A stretch of 64,000 nucleotides of DNA, from NCBI GenBank assembly GCA_012295275.1, contig CM022675.1:9238001-9302000 (forward strand), written 5' to 3'. The notes beneath the pieces are model-generated. The model made no database searches and was not told the DNA's origin. It saw nothing but the letters and a program-made list of their open reading frames with translations. Below are positions 1 through 13,556 of this stretch, in pieces. Position 1 is the first letter of the stretch. Every line of letters begins with the position of its first letter. The stretch comes from Chrysomallon squamiferum. Its lineage: Eukaryota > Animalia > Mollusca. The translations under genes were made by a program, and so were the position numbers.

Positions 1-332
1 ATTCAGTATTAAGCTTAATTTGATTTTTATATAAAAATTATCTACAAATTATATTTAATATTGAACATTTATTTTCAAATTAAAAAATATAATTTAGTTT
101 TAAATATATTTGAAATTTTTATATTTACAATTTAATAATAAAATAAAAAAAATTAAGGTGGTTTGGATATTTAATATATATATATAGATAATATTTAGTT
201 GAAGAATTAAATTTTGTTTTGTGTGTGTGTGTGCACAAACACCACTTATTTTGAATAAATCACAAATTTATCTAATTACCTTTTAAACAATCCTTCATTA
301 ATTAACGTACAAAAATAAAATCAAATTTACTG

Positions 333-346
333 GTTGCTATGACAAC
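333..346. promoter_or_regulatory. RFX X-box-like site GTTGCTATGACAAC
   Basis: Near-palindromic 14-mer resembling GTTNCCATGGNAAC, followed by GC-box-like TGCCCCGCCT at about 355-364. Confidence 0.4.
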
Positions 347-831
347 AAAAGCTCTGCCCCGCCTTTTGTTTCCTCACTCACACCAAGTTCTCACTAATTT
401 TCTTCTTAGTCACTGCTCATTGTTCAAAGTGAATGGAATTTAATGTCATGACATTTTATATAAAAACTGACATGATTTCTTTTCTACTACTTGCTCACGA
501 ACGTTCTATAAAAGATGGATGACTTGATGTCCAAATTAATTCGTTAAACTCTTTTGGGATTTCCTATTTATCTTTATTTAACTGTATTTTTTTTTTTTCT
601 TCATTTTTTTTAATTTTTTTTTTCACTTCTGTTGTGAATTATGTATGAGTAATTTTTTTAAGCAGTGTTTTGATTTTTCTAAATACATTTTTTGTGTGTG
701 TGTGTGGTTTACATAATAGGAATATTATGTTTAGATTTAAGAAAATATATTTAAAAAAAATATAATAAATAAAAATATTTTAACTTGTAGAACCAAAAAT
801 TATCTTGTTTTTATATTTATTTTTTATATTT

Positions 832-856
832 TAATAATAATAATAATAATAACAAC

Positions 857-916
<60 letters not shown>
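832..916. repeat. (AAT)n microsatellite with short AAC interruption, abutting (ATT)n
   Basis: Direct reading. Source of the poly-Ile ORF 824..1048. Confidence 0.95.
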
Positions 917-1083
917 TATTATTATTATTATTAATAGATAATTGTTTATTATTACTTTTTTCTGTTGGAATATTTTTCTGAATTTACTTTTTGTTGGGGG
1001 GATAATATTTTTATTTAGATTTGTAATTAATTTAATTAATTCATTCATTATTCATTATTATTATTAATATTGTTATTGTTATC

Positions 1084-1119
<36 letters not shown>

Positions 1120-1619
1120 TTATTACTGTTTTGTTATTGTTATTATTATTATTATTATTTAACTGAAGTTATAATTCTGTTGGAAAATAAATTTTAAAAA
1201 TGTGTGTATTAATTAATTATTTATTGATTTTTTGGTATTGAATTTGATAAACTCACACACAACATAAAAAACCACTCCAAAAACCACACCCCTGTACCTA
1301 AAATTGAATGGTATACTGGTTGGAAATTGAAACAAAAACCTGAACAAGTTCACTAAAGGGAATTGAACCAGTGACACAGTACACCTCAGGCAGAGGGGAC
1401 CTAAACACCGAACTACATTAATAATTAACACTCTTTTATGAAATGGTATTGTTATGATAAAATAGCACAGGTTTTAATTCTGTCATTCTGATATTTTGAT
1501 ATTTTCAAGTGATAGGGGAGGATTAGGTTGCTTCACCAGTCAAACAATTGTGATAATGTTGTGTAGAAAATTGGTTTACTACTGTTGGCCCACATCTTGG
1601 GTGACAGTGGCTTTTATTG

Positions 1620-2500
1620 TAATAATTGTATATGTTCGAAAATTGTTTTTGCTTGTGTTGGCCCTGATATCAGGTGCTTTTGTGACTTTTGTTGTGTCGG
1701 TTGTATGCTTAAACATTTTTTTTTTTTTGCCCTTATATTGGGTGTATAGGTGTGTCTTTTTATTGAAATTGTTTTGTGTTAAATTTGTTTTGCAAATATT
1801 CGGACTTATTTTGAGTGGTGGTTAATGAAACAGTTTTGTTAGAAGTGTTACAAAACTTTTGGCTTCTGTATTCACTATATGTGGCTGTTATTGAAATAAT
1901 CTTGTGTTAATTCTTTTAATAGTTTTGGCCCATCAGTTGAATTAATTATGCATAAAAACAGTTTTTTTTCTCTCTCTGGGTCTTTCTTTTATATGACATT
2001 TATGGAAAATGCTTTCTATTAAAATTGGTTTCCTTGTTTAGGGTACTATACTAAATGTTAATTGAAATTGTTTTGTATTAAATTTGCTTTTATGGTTTTG
2101 GGTCTTGTATTGAGTGCAGATTGAAATTTTTTGTGGTGACAGAAGATTCTTTTTGTTGTAGTTCTTACATATTGAATGGTATTGGCTTTTATTAACATTA
2201 TCTTGCATTAAAAATAATTTTGCTGGTTTTGAGTATATGTTGCTTTTACAGAAACTCTTTTCTTGACATTTTTTATTTTTGTTTTTGTTTGCTTTTGGAT
2301 CTTATATTCAGTGTTGTTAACTTTTATTAAAACTTTATTTGCATAAAAAATGGTTTCATTGGTTTTGGGCATCATACTGACTTTGATTGAAATTTTAAAA
2401 TTTTGTTTTGCATTATAATTGTTTTGTCAGTGCTGTCCATTATTTCAGGTAATACAGGGTTTTAATGCCACAGTTTTTGGGTTGAAATTGTTTCTTCAGT
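1620..2500. repeat. Old, highly degenerate tandem repeat
   Basis: Recurring blocks such as GAAATTGTTTTG (~1765, ~2064) and CTTATATT/CTTGTATTGAGTG (~1732, ~2103, ~2300). Confidence 0.4.
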
Positions 2501-3548
2501 GCAATCTCATGTATCGGATAACAATGGCAGCTATTGGAATAATTGTACGTTACTTTTGTCAGCCCCTATAACGGGCAATAACAGTCTCGTATGAAAACAA
2601 GACAACAGGACAAAGACAGTCAGAGACAGAAGACGAATCTTTGCTCTTTTGTGCGAAATGACTGGTTTATTTTAATTCGACACGCAAAAGTTATCACACA
2701 TCAGGAAGTGAAAGCAAACAATGGGATGAATATTCGCTCTTCAGTGAAGCTCTCACTGAAACGGGCTTTTGTGATTCACTTGTGATGGGGCAGAGGTCAT
2801 CACGCCAATTGCTGGATCACTGTCAGCCGTTGTCGTAGATGTTGGGAGTCAAAGTTACCCGCATCGAAGAAATTGAAATGTGGGTGGGCCAGTTGCAATA
2901 AAATTTGAGAATTTCAAAAGTCATTTTTTTTTTTTTCATTTCAAGATAAGAATTGTTTATTTCAAATTACTGATAAATAATAATAATAATAATAATCATA
3001 ATAATAACTAATAATAATAATAACAATAAAAATAATAAAATAATTATAAAAAAGGTAATTTTATAATAATAATTAAAAAAATATATTCATTTAATTAGTT
3101 TTGAAAATGATAAAAAAAAAAAAAAAAAAAAATGAGGGAGACACTTTTTTTTATCACAAAGCAAAATTCAAATTACAAACGTCTGCTTTGACAGCTATTG
3201 TTTCATAATTAACACTTGTGCTGTACAAGTGACATGCTCTTGCAATAATTTCATACCCAGACCTCCTTACATAGGAGCAAGAGAGAGAGAGAGAGAGGGT
3301 AAAACAAAATAAAAAAAATAAAGCCTTGAGGGAGGTGGGGTTGATGGGTGGGTGGTATGGTTTCAAATGAAGCGTAGACTTGAGTCTTTTCTTTTGCCCT
3401 TTTCTCTCCTCGCACAAAGCAAAGCAAACTGTTGTCACCTGTGTGAAAGGATCGGGACTCTTTTTTTACAACGTGGAGCAAACCGGGTCACGCGTGGCAC
3501 ACGCGACTTTAATCAACACATAGGTGGGCGAGGAGAGACACACCTTAC

Positions 3549-3575
3549 CTGGCGGGCCACCTTGTTACCCGTCAT
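3549..3575 (-). CDS. Possible short first coding exon MTGNKVARQ (phase-0 donor)
   Basis: Minus-strand ATG at 3575-3573, 9 open codons, then CAG|GTAAGG, all inside the CpG patch. No downstream exon or homology recognised. Confidence 0.2.
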
Positions 3576-3610
3576 TAAGTCGCGAACACTCGTCCTGTTT
3601 GTGTGTGTGT

Positions 3611-3648
3611 GGGGGTAGGGTGGGGGGTGGGGGGTGAGGGAAATGGGG
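3611..3648 (+). other. G-quadruplex-forming sequence
   Basis: Six runs of at least 3 G separated by 1-4 nt loops. Confidence 0.7.
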
Positions 3649-4843
3649 ATCGGCAGACGTCGTCGGGGGGGGGGGAAAGCAGTACGGGGGAATTGTTTCA
3701 GTGGGTGATTTGTCCCCGCTGTCGTGGTTTTGCGAATCATTACAAGACGTTGACGTTGTTGTTGTTGTTACCTGTACAACCTCCGTCACCTCACTCAAGA
3801 GTCCCCCCCCCCCCGATTGTAAAGCACGGCTCAAATTTCACCAAGGAAACAAGCACAATTTGCACATCTGTCATGCTTTTTGGGGGGTGGGGGGTGATGA
3901 TTTAGATTTTTTTTTTTTTTTTTTTTTTTCTCTCCTTCCTTCTTCTTGTGTTGCATGGCAGATTGGGTTTGAATAGACATCTTACAGGAGGTGTGATGTT
4001 GGGTCTCAAAGGTACACACAATGATGTTGAATGTAGCTTAATAACTAGAACCAACAAACTGTAATCACTAAGTCCAAGCCAGATTTGATTAAGTGGTGAA
4101 AAGAATGAAAAAGGAGAAAGAAAGACTAGAGAAAAAAAAATAAAGAGAAAGAAAGAGAAAGAAAGAAAAATTAATGTCACTGTCTTTGTTTAAGTTGGAG
4201 ATTAAAAATTAATTAAAATATATTCCATGTGGTTAGAAATATATAGATTTGTGTTAAATAAGTTTGTAAGTTAAAAGTGTTTTGAAAAAGAGAATTTGAA
4301 AGTAAAATTCATTAGCAGTTATTCCCTATATATATATATATTTTTGTATATACTGCAGTCAGAATTTTCTGTCTCTTTCTTCAATTTTGAGACTGGTAAA
4401 GTGAATATTCTTTGAGTACAATAAATATATTTATTATTTTTTTTTTTTTTATGTTCAGAGCAATGGAGTTATAATTCTGTATTTTCTCTCCGAAACTGAG
4501 ATTTAATTTTAAAGTTATTATTTATTAAATATTTTACATATTTCACAAACCAAATTCAGAAGAACTACAAACACTGTTCTGTTTCCAAAAAAAAAAAGAA
4601 AAGAAAAATAGATACTTGAGAATTAATATTTACCGTATAATAAGGTAATAAATAAAATATAAATTTAAATTATCATTTTTTTATTTATTTTTTTATGTTT
4701 TTCACATTTAAAATTCAGAACGTTACAAACAGGAGCCTTTGTTCTGTCTCAGAAACTGAGACAGGTAAAGTTAATATGAGATTTTAATAAGATCCTTCCT
4801 TGAGGCTAGGAGCTGTCCCACTGAGGAGCTGATTATAACAGGA

Positions 4844-4859
4844 AGGCTAGGGGGCGCTG
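4844..4859 (+). promoter_or_regulatory. CTCF-like motif AGGCTAGGGGGCGCTG
   Basis: 12/14 match to CCRSYAGRKGGCRS; both mismatches are the 5' CC. Confidence 0.35.
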
Positions 4860-5673
4860 CTATCACCAATTGTCACTTCTGTCCTTAGCCATGTGATCAG
4901 AACCATTTTCACCTGAGCTTTCCTTCGGGCTTGTGTGGAAAATCGCCAACGTTGCTGAAAGAAAGAAAGAAAAAATACAGCCACAATTTAAAATTATTAT
5001 GATTATTATTATTATTTTTTTTTTTCTTCTGGAGATTAAAGGAAAGACATGGTCTTCTTTCCTGTCAGATTTGTGTTAAGGGTGGATCTGGAGGGGTGAG
5101 GGGAAGAAAAATATTTTCTAAGACATTTGAATTAAAAAACAAGGAAAAAGAATGTTTTTTGTGAACTTTAGGTTTTTATCGTTTTTGTCAATAATGGAAC
5201 TAAATGGGTGATTTGGGAAGTTTATAATTTTCTTTCCATTTTTTCTTTTCTTTTCCTTTTTTTTCTTTTCTTTTTGTTATAGGGATAAGCTGAAGGGGTG
5301 AGTGGGAGAGGTGAGGCTGGTTGTTTTAGCCCCACCCCAGTGATTTTCAAGCACAGCTAGAAATTAGCCTAGGGTTGAAACAGTTGTGAAGATGGAACTA
5401 GATACTGTTTTGTTTATGGAGAATTCTCCATTCTCTGAATTAATCGGGATGAGCTGCGTGCGAAATTGAAAGAAAACATCCAGTTGTGCCAATATTTAAC
5501 ATTGCCCTGAAAATATTTAATAATATTTTATCGATTCCCATTGTAATGGCGTTATCTGGATAAAAATCTTAAAACACTGAAATAACAACAGTAATAATGC
5601 TAATACTATTACTAATAACTATATAATAAAATAAAATAAAATAAAATAAAATAAAATGAAAGATTCATGAAAC

Positions 5674-5706
<33 letters not shown>

Positions 5707-5959
5707 ATAAAGATGATAGTGAAATTCAGTTAAAAAGTATTTTAAAAGGAAAGAAATTAAAAATAAAAGCTAATTGAATGTTTAATGCAAGCCCATCCCA
5801 TTTATATATTAATGATATCAGATAAGTATTTTATAATGGTTATTTGAGAGAACAAGCTAATCTTTGTGTTATTTTTCATGATTTAGCATCAAGGCATCTT
5901 TTATATATATCTTCTGAAATTTACAGTTTGGTACTAAGTCATTAGTCAAAATAAAAAAA

Positions 5960-6495
5960 AAAAAAAAAAGTATTTTTAAGTATCATGAATATCAAGTTGT
6001 TACTTTTTACTGGTTTAATCTAGAAATAAGAAATTTAAATATTTTTTCTCTCGTTTATTTAAGGCTGCGAAAATGTTTGTTTGATTTATTTTTATGGAAG
6101 TCAAGGCATATAATAAAAGTAAAATATTTATAGGCATCATGAACATCAATATTACTATTTTTTTTTTTAATTTACATATTTGTATATTTTTCTTTAGTTT
6201 AATTAAGTCTGTTTGAATTACATGTTTTTATTTCTTTGAAAAATCAAGGTGCATAATTAATACAAACAAACAGTATAAAATCACGAAACATCAAGTTACT
6301 ACTTTTTTATTAGTTTAATTTATGAAAAGTAAATTTTTATATTTTTGATCCTGTTTAATTAAGATTGTGTGTTAAGCACCTTTTTTTAAAAAAAATTTTG
6401 TTATTGTTGTTACTTTATAAATCAAGATAGGTGATAATTAATCTAAACAAACATTCTAAGTATCATGAACACCAAGTTATTACTTTTTTTCTTTT
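5960..6495. repeat. Degenerate tandem repeat, 4 units of ~145-180 bp
   Basis: ATCATGAA(C/T)ATCAA(G)TT..TACTTTTT-like block at ~5981, ~6135, ~6280 and ~6461. Confidence 0.6.
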
Positions 6496-9074
6496 CTTCC
6501 TCTTTCATTCTTTCACGACAATAAAAAGCATGTTTCCAACAGCAACGATGACAAATCCAAAACGCAAACAAACCCTCGGCTTTTCCTCCTTTCCCGTTTT
6601 TTTCAAAAATAAAACAAACAACAACACATTTTTCACGGGGAAATGAGTATCACCTTTTCAAATCTTTGTACTAACAACTGAAGAAGCTTAACGGGACAAC
6701 AACAGAACAGAATAATCATCATCCCCCCCACCCGTAAACAGGTGCCTTGTTCCCATGACAGTCTGGATGAAGTTGTTCCCTAGTCCCAATACACAACAGC
6801 CAGACCAGAAAATTACTGAAAACTTTTCCAGCTGTAACACAAAAAAGTCTTTCGTCGAACAACAAGCATCTGTTCATATCCTCGGTACTGAGTCCTCTGA
6901 GGTTTATTGGATGTTTATTAGTTAATTTTATGACATTATTTTTCTATTCTTTGATCTCTGCTTCTCTGTACATGTTAGAATTGGAATTTTCATTAAGTCA
7001 CGAATATCGTTTTTATTATTATCTTTTTTTTTTTTTTTTTTTTTTTATTTCGTTGAGAAGAATTATTGGATTATGGGATTTTTAAAAAAACTTTAAATAA
7101 ACTGACTCTGAAAAGGCTCTTCAGTGTTCAAGAGGGTGTAATTTTTAAAAATCTTTTTTTTTTTTTATTTTTGTGATTGAAAGTGTGAATTGTTTTGTGT
7201 TGTGAATTTGAAAACTTTGGAAACTGATAATTGTTTAATTTGAAATTTGATAATGCGACACTTCAGATTGCTTGTTTTATTTTTGTTTTGTTCTGTTTAA
7301 TTACAGGGCTGGTTTGGCAGTTTTATTAAACTGAAGTGAATATTAATTTGAAAAAAAAAATTAATAACATGATAAAAATCTATTTTCCTATTTAAAAATG
7401 TTACTTAAAAAAAGTGAAAAAGAAAAAAGGAAAATAAAAGTGAGAAAAGTTAACAAAACAAACAGGTGATATTAGTAATTTACTTCTTTTCTTAATTTTC
7501 TGCTTATTTCACTGTTGTTGTTGGTGTTATTATTGTTGTTACATTATTATTTTTTTATATATAGTTTGGATTTATTTATTTATTTGTTTTTTTTTTTTAT
7601 TTTTTATTTATTAATTCCTAAGTTTTTATATATATATATATATATATTTTTTTTTTTTTATTTTCTTGTGTCTGTAAGATAATAATATATTAATTTGGGT
7701 AATTATCTATTGTTCAAATCATTCATATGTTTATAACTGTATATATGTGTTGTTTGTATTGTATGCATGTGTGTGTATATGTGTTTGTATGTATGTATGT
7801 TTGTTATGTATGTATATAAGTAATTACATGTGTATATATGTAATTAGGTAATTATTATTATGGTTACTATGCTATTACAGTTATTATAATTACTACTGTT
7901 GTTGTTGTTTTTATTATTATTATTCTTATTATTCTTATTATTCTTATTATTATCATCATTATTATTATTAAATGCATTTTTGAATTCCTTATCTCAATAA
8001 TCACATCACATAACTGAAACTTTTCCTACAGACATATTGATCATGTTTTGTCAGTTTTTTCTATAAATGGTTTCTATGGAAATACATTTACCACAAGTTG
8101 ACTCTTCTATCATCATTGTTACTGATGGGAGTTTCTCTTTCTTGTTTAATGCTTGGTAAATACACATACTCGACTTTGATGTCCCGTTTCCGAACCATTC
8201 AGTGACATAGGGACTGTTATGTCATAGGTATTAACAAGTTGTAGGTGTGGGTGTCTTTGAATATTTCATTGCATGTTTATGTTGTTGCAAAGGTCGACGA
8301 AATGTTTAATAAAATTATTGCCTTCTGTTTATTTCAAAGGTTGATAAATTATAGTCGTTATGTGTTATGTATTACTGTTTATTATCATCGTCATTATTTT
8401 TGATTTTGTTAAATGTATATTTTATCTGATTTATAAATTTAAAAAAATGTTTGAGATTCATTTATTAAATATGTCATTTCATTGTATTTTGTTAATTATA
8501 TAATTTATGTTTTTGATGTATAAAGAAAAATACTAGTCTCATATCAAGTAATGCATTTTAATGATTTTCTTTTTAAATGATTATTTATTTTATTATTTAT
8601 TAAAATTTTATTGTATTAAGAGTACTAGTATAAATTTAAATAATTGAGTGTGTGTGTGTCTGTGTGTATATGTGTGTATGTGTGTGTATGTGTGTGTGTG
8701 TATAGATGCATGTCTATGTATGTGAGGATATGGATAGATAGATATACGTGCACATTTCAAGTAAATGCATGTATATATGTGTGCTGCGCTTATCATTTAA
8801 ATCTTTTATTACATTCTATTTTCGGTATTTCAAAAATCAACATCCACTCGTTTATCTCATTAATGCGTCTGATGGATTTGAGCTGATATGTTGGTCCAGT
8901 GAGCTGCTTCATGTAATTAGAACACATTAATATCTCATTACCATTTTCTGTAGATCTCAACAACCAATAAAACAGAAGCCATTAACAAAGTTTGCTGGAG
9001 CTCAGAGAAACTGAAAATATTTCATCATTTTATGTTATCTGCTTCGAATTATTATTATCCCTATCCCGTTTGTT

Positions 9075-9580
9075 AATTGTGGTCATTCTGGGGAGGGTGA
9101 GGAGATAGATGGGAGGGATACAGTTATGTGGTAATTTAGATATTTATAAAAAAAAAAAAAAAAAAAAAAAAAATATTTTCATCAGTTTTTATTTCATAAA
9201 AGTCACTTCAGTACTGTTTGGTATTTGTGGTCATTCTCTGAAGGGGTGGAAGAAATAAAGGGGGATATATTTATAACAATAAATTTGGTTTTAAAAATTT
9301 CATCACTTTTTATTTCATAAAAATTCATCTAGTATTATCTGGCCAAAAATTGGTTTTCCTGGAGGGGTTAACAGTTCGGGGGGATACATTTACAAGGTAA
9401 TGTAAAACATTAAAAATATCATTTTGTGTATGGTAAATATTATCTCTGTATCATTTGATAACGTGGAATGTTGTTAGATGGAAGTACTGGTAGAGGGAGA
9501 AATATATATATAAAAATGTATTTGTTAAAAATTTCATCACTTTTTATTTTGTGAAAGTCATCCCAGTATTGTTCAACAAG
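9075..9580. repeat. Degenerate tandem repeat of ~120 bp
   Basis: TTTCATCA(G/C)TTTTTATTT at ~9177, ~9298, ~9532; TGTGGTCATTCT at ~9078 and ~9226; GGGATA after G-rich blocks. Confidence 0.55.
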
Positions 9581-10031
9581 AGTGAATTTTGAAACTGGAA
9601 GAAAGGAAAAGGAATATAAATGTTAGAATAACTTACAAACAGCAGAGACATTAATAATTTTATTAGTGTAAAAATAATTTGATTTTGAATTATTGATGAA
9701 GATATATAGAAGTTTTTTTGGTAGTGGTGATGTTGGAGGAAAGGTGATTGACGATATATATACATTTATTGTAAATTAAAGATGTGTATTATATTTAATG
9801 ATTTATAAACATTGAATATATTTTTATATTTATAATTTATTTAAAGAGAAAAAAATTTTAATTGAAACAACTACAGAAAATGTTAAATGAAATGAATTAA
9901 AAAAGAAAATAAGAAAAAACAAATTATGAAATAAAAATTGTATAATAAATAAAACAGTAAATTAAATATAAAACAAAATAATGTGAAATTATATCCTAGC
10001 AGCTAGGATATAATGACAAAAATAAAAGAAT

Positions 10032-10076
10032 TAATAATAATAATAATAATAAATATAATAATAATAATAATAATCA

Positions 10077-10131
<55 letters not shown>

Positions 10132-10171
10132 TAATAATAATAATAATAATAATATTAATAATAATAATAAT

Positions 10172-10203
<32 letters not shown>
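10032..10203. repeat. Imperfect (AAT)n microsatellite
   Basis: Direct reading. Confidence 0.95.
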
Positions 10204-10205
<2 letters not shown>

Positions 10206-10560
10206 TATAAAGTTAAAACCCATAAACTCTGACACTTCATAAAATCATTCAAACGTTTTCTAAACAACTGGAAACAGATTACAGTGCTGCACCTCTAAAC
10301 ATTTTTTAACTTTCTGACTGTTCATAACTCTGGCTACACCCAAACTCTCTCAAAGTTTGTCTGTATTCTTGACAAGAAAGACATCTTTGTTTCTCGCCTG
10401 GTTCTCTGTGACATGCACACCATGTGACCAGATAGAAGATAACAATGCGGATAGGTTGACTTGCGATACAGAAAAACGATACGTTAGATAGAAAACAGAT
10501 ACGTGTGGCATACGCATTTGTATTACACTTGTGTGTGTTTGTTTTTTTTTTTTTGTTTTT

Positions 10561-10876
10561 TTTAAATTCCTTTTATGTTTTTTTTATTTTTATTTTTTTA
10601 TGAATGTTATCTTGAATTCTTGTATATGTGTGTGTGTGGAAATGTTAGCTGTCGTTGTTTTCAGATATGAAACTGAAAACAAGTGCTAAGTAATAATTCC
10701 TGTATTATATATAATGTGTGTGTGTGTGTGTGTGTGTTTTAAATTCCTTTTATGTTTTTTTATGAATGTTATCTTGAATTCTTGTATATGTGTGTGTGTG
10801 GAAATGTTAGCTGTCGTTGTTTTCAGATATGAAACTGAAAACAAGTGCTAAGTAATAATTCCTGTATTATATATAA

Positions 10877-10931
<55 letters not shown>

Positions 10932-11065
10932 AAATTCCTTTTATGTTTTTTTATGAATGTTATCTTGAATTCTTGTATGTATGTATGTGGAAATGTTAGC
11001 TGTCTTTGTTTTCAGATATGAAACTGAAAACAAGTGTGAAGTAATAATTCCTGTATTATATAATA
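10561..11065. repeat. Recent tandem triplication, ~176-191 bp unit ending in (TG)n
   Basis: TTTAAATTCCTTTTATG...GGAAATGTTAGCTGTC...CAGATATGAAACTGAAAACAAGTG...TAATTCCTGTATTATAT begins at ~10561, ~10738 and ~10929; copies nearly identical. Confidence 0.95.
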
Positions 11066-11254
11066 TATATATATATAAATGTATATATGTGTGTGTGTGT
11101 GTGTATGTGTGTGTGTATGTATGTGTGTGTACAGAGAGATATATACATATGTGTATATATGTATATGTAGATGCATATTTAGTCGTATACACAAGTGTTT
11201 CTACATTTGAATCAATATAATGCCTACATATAAATACTTTTGTGTTCTTTTATG

Positions 11255-11286
<32 letters not shown>

Positions 11287-11717
11287 TGCATATACTTATG
11301 TACCTATTCAGACAAACATACATACACACACACACACATACATACATACATACATACATACATGAATGTATATATTCATACTTTCAAAAATACATACAAA
11401 AGATGCATGCATGTATTCATATATTCAAAGATATTCAAACATACACATACATATATATCTATACATACATATATGCATATATACATACATATACACACAC
11501 ATATACATATTCATACATTCAAAGACACACACACACACACACACACACAGAAATTTGACAATTAAAACACTATTAAAATCCTGTCTGACTTTGTCAGAGT
11601 AACTCTGTGTAAAGCTTGTCACATGATGTTGAAATTTGACTAGGTGATTTGTAAAGCAGAACACTGGTTTCCTCACTCACTTCCTTACGTATCAGGTTTA
11701 ATGGTTCAGACCAGGAT

Positions 11718-12502
11718 CAGGGGCTGATCCACAGAATCTATAAGAGGGTGGGTCAGGGTGAGATGTTTTTGAACACTGCAGGTTTTCCTGTATAAAATGT
11801 TACAAAGATCAAAGATTTTGTGTGTGTTTGACTGCTTGTGTGTGTATGTGTTCATGTGTGTGCATTCATGGATGTTAATGTGTATATATGTATGTATGAG
11901 TATTTTGTGGGCATGTGTATGTGTGTATATATGTATATTGTGTGTGTGTGTGTGTGTATGTGTGGATATATATTTGAAAAAAAGTACTGTTCAGTTTGTT
12001 AAAATAAAGGAATAACTTATTTAATAACACACATTTTAAATATATGATTATGTATATGACCTTGTACATATTTAAAAAATAAAAATAAAAACCTAATCAA
12101 AGACCGTTTAGATAATTAAAAAGGAAACTCATGCAATAGAATATTTTTTTTTTTTTTTAGCAGCAGCAAGGGATCTTTTTTTTTAATGCATTTTACTACA
12201 TTAATGACTATGCTTACCAAATACATTGTTAAACTAAGTTGGAAGCAAATGTATTTATTAATTTGAATTAACACTAAATATTTCAAATTAATTTTCTATA
12301 CTGTAAACGCCTTGAACTTGAAAACCGTTTAATTATGAAGCAAGTGCTATAGCTTCCAAATTAGATTCTGCAGTTATTTTAAATAACGAAAGAAAAAAAA
12401 AAATTCTTTTATAATGCATTATATAAAATATCCGGGCAGTTCTGGACAGAGAGAAAGGGGTGTGGTCCCCCCACCCAGAACCACCTGCTGGATCCTTGCC
12501 TG
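11718..12502. mobile_element. Possible decayed MITE with CAGGGGCGGATCCA-type termini
   Basis: Left end CAGGGGCTGATCCA (11718-11731); right end TGGATCCTTGCCTG (12489-12502). 10/14 inverted identity with G/C-rich subtermini; no clear TSD. Confidence 0.3.
12005..12200 (+). mobile_element. Degraded interspersed (SINE-like) repeat fragment
   Basis: Blocks TATTTAATAACACACATTTT..., AGATAATT..AGGAAAC and TAGCAGCAGCAAGGGATCTTTT..ATGCA occur in the order I recall for an abundant gastropod repeat. A related block TTAGCATCAAGGCATCTTTTATAT lies at 5883-5906. Confidence 0.4.
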
Positions 12503-13519
12503 TCCGTTATCACAGGCCGCACTGTTTTCAGCTTGTTCATAGAGTTGTGTTTATCATATAAATAATTGCAGTGGAAACTCACACTTGTACGAGTTCAGAT
12601 TTATGATAATTGTAGGTAAAAATGTGTGCTGGCTTATCGCATGCAGTCAGCAAGTTTTTGAAATGAGTAATGTTTTAGTAATAAAGACACAGAGAGTAAC
12701 GATGTTGATGGGAACCTTTCGAAGGAAATTTAGTCGTGAAATATTTGTTGTGTGTCATGGGAAAGAAGGATGTGCATTTTTCATTTTTCATTTATATATA
12801 TATATATATAGACACACATGCATCCATACATATATACATACCTATGTGATACACACACGTGTTAACACTTGTTAAAATAAATATAACTATATTTATTCAT
12901 TTTAACAAGATAAAAAATAATAAATAAAATTAATTGATAAAGAATTAAGGGTGATATTTGTTTAAAAAAAAAAAATGAAATTAAAAATAACATTTATTAT
13001 TGAGAAGTTTTAAAAAGTAAACAATTAAAGATTTTGAATTAATTTTGAGTTTAAACATTTACAAAATCAGTTAATCTGATTTATAAACTTTAAAATTTAT
13101 TTAAATGTATTATATAATTTAAATAAATTAAACACATTGAAATTTAAATATATTTTGGATTAGAACATTTTAAACTATGTATGAAAGTAGCTACAAAATA
13201 AAGTACATTTTTATTAATATTTGATTTATTTATTTATTTATTTATTTATTTATTGTTAGGAGAACAATGAGATGTTTAGTTATTCATAAAATAAAATAAA
13301 TAAAGTAAATTTTAAAATGACGCACATTAAAATTTTTGCTGTGGTCCTATCTGAATTTTGTAGTGACTTTCTTTGACTTAGGAAATCTTTTACTGAAACC
13401 GGTCACATATATTTAAAAATAAATAATGTTCAGTAATAAAGATAATATTAGCCCTGAACAACTTCATATTAATGTCAAATTATGAATTGTATATTACAAG
13501 GTGGCATAGAATGTTTTTC

Positions 13520-13556
<37 letters not shown>

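Larger units (their letters stand above)
3400..3835. promoter_or_regulatory. CpG-island-like, promoter-like GC-rich patch
   Basis: More than 20 CpGs in ~430 bp against a CpG-poor background. Two CACGCG sites (3489-3494, 3500-3505) and long G and C runs. Confidence 0.6.

Noticed and set aside
12478-12492. CTCF-like CCAGCAGGTGGTTC on the minus strand
   Set aside because: Lacks the GGCR end and lies in the presumed MITE terminus.
12508-12530. TATCACAG miR-2-like start
   Set aside because: Diverges after 8 nt and I see no complementary arm.
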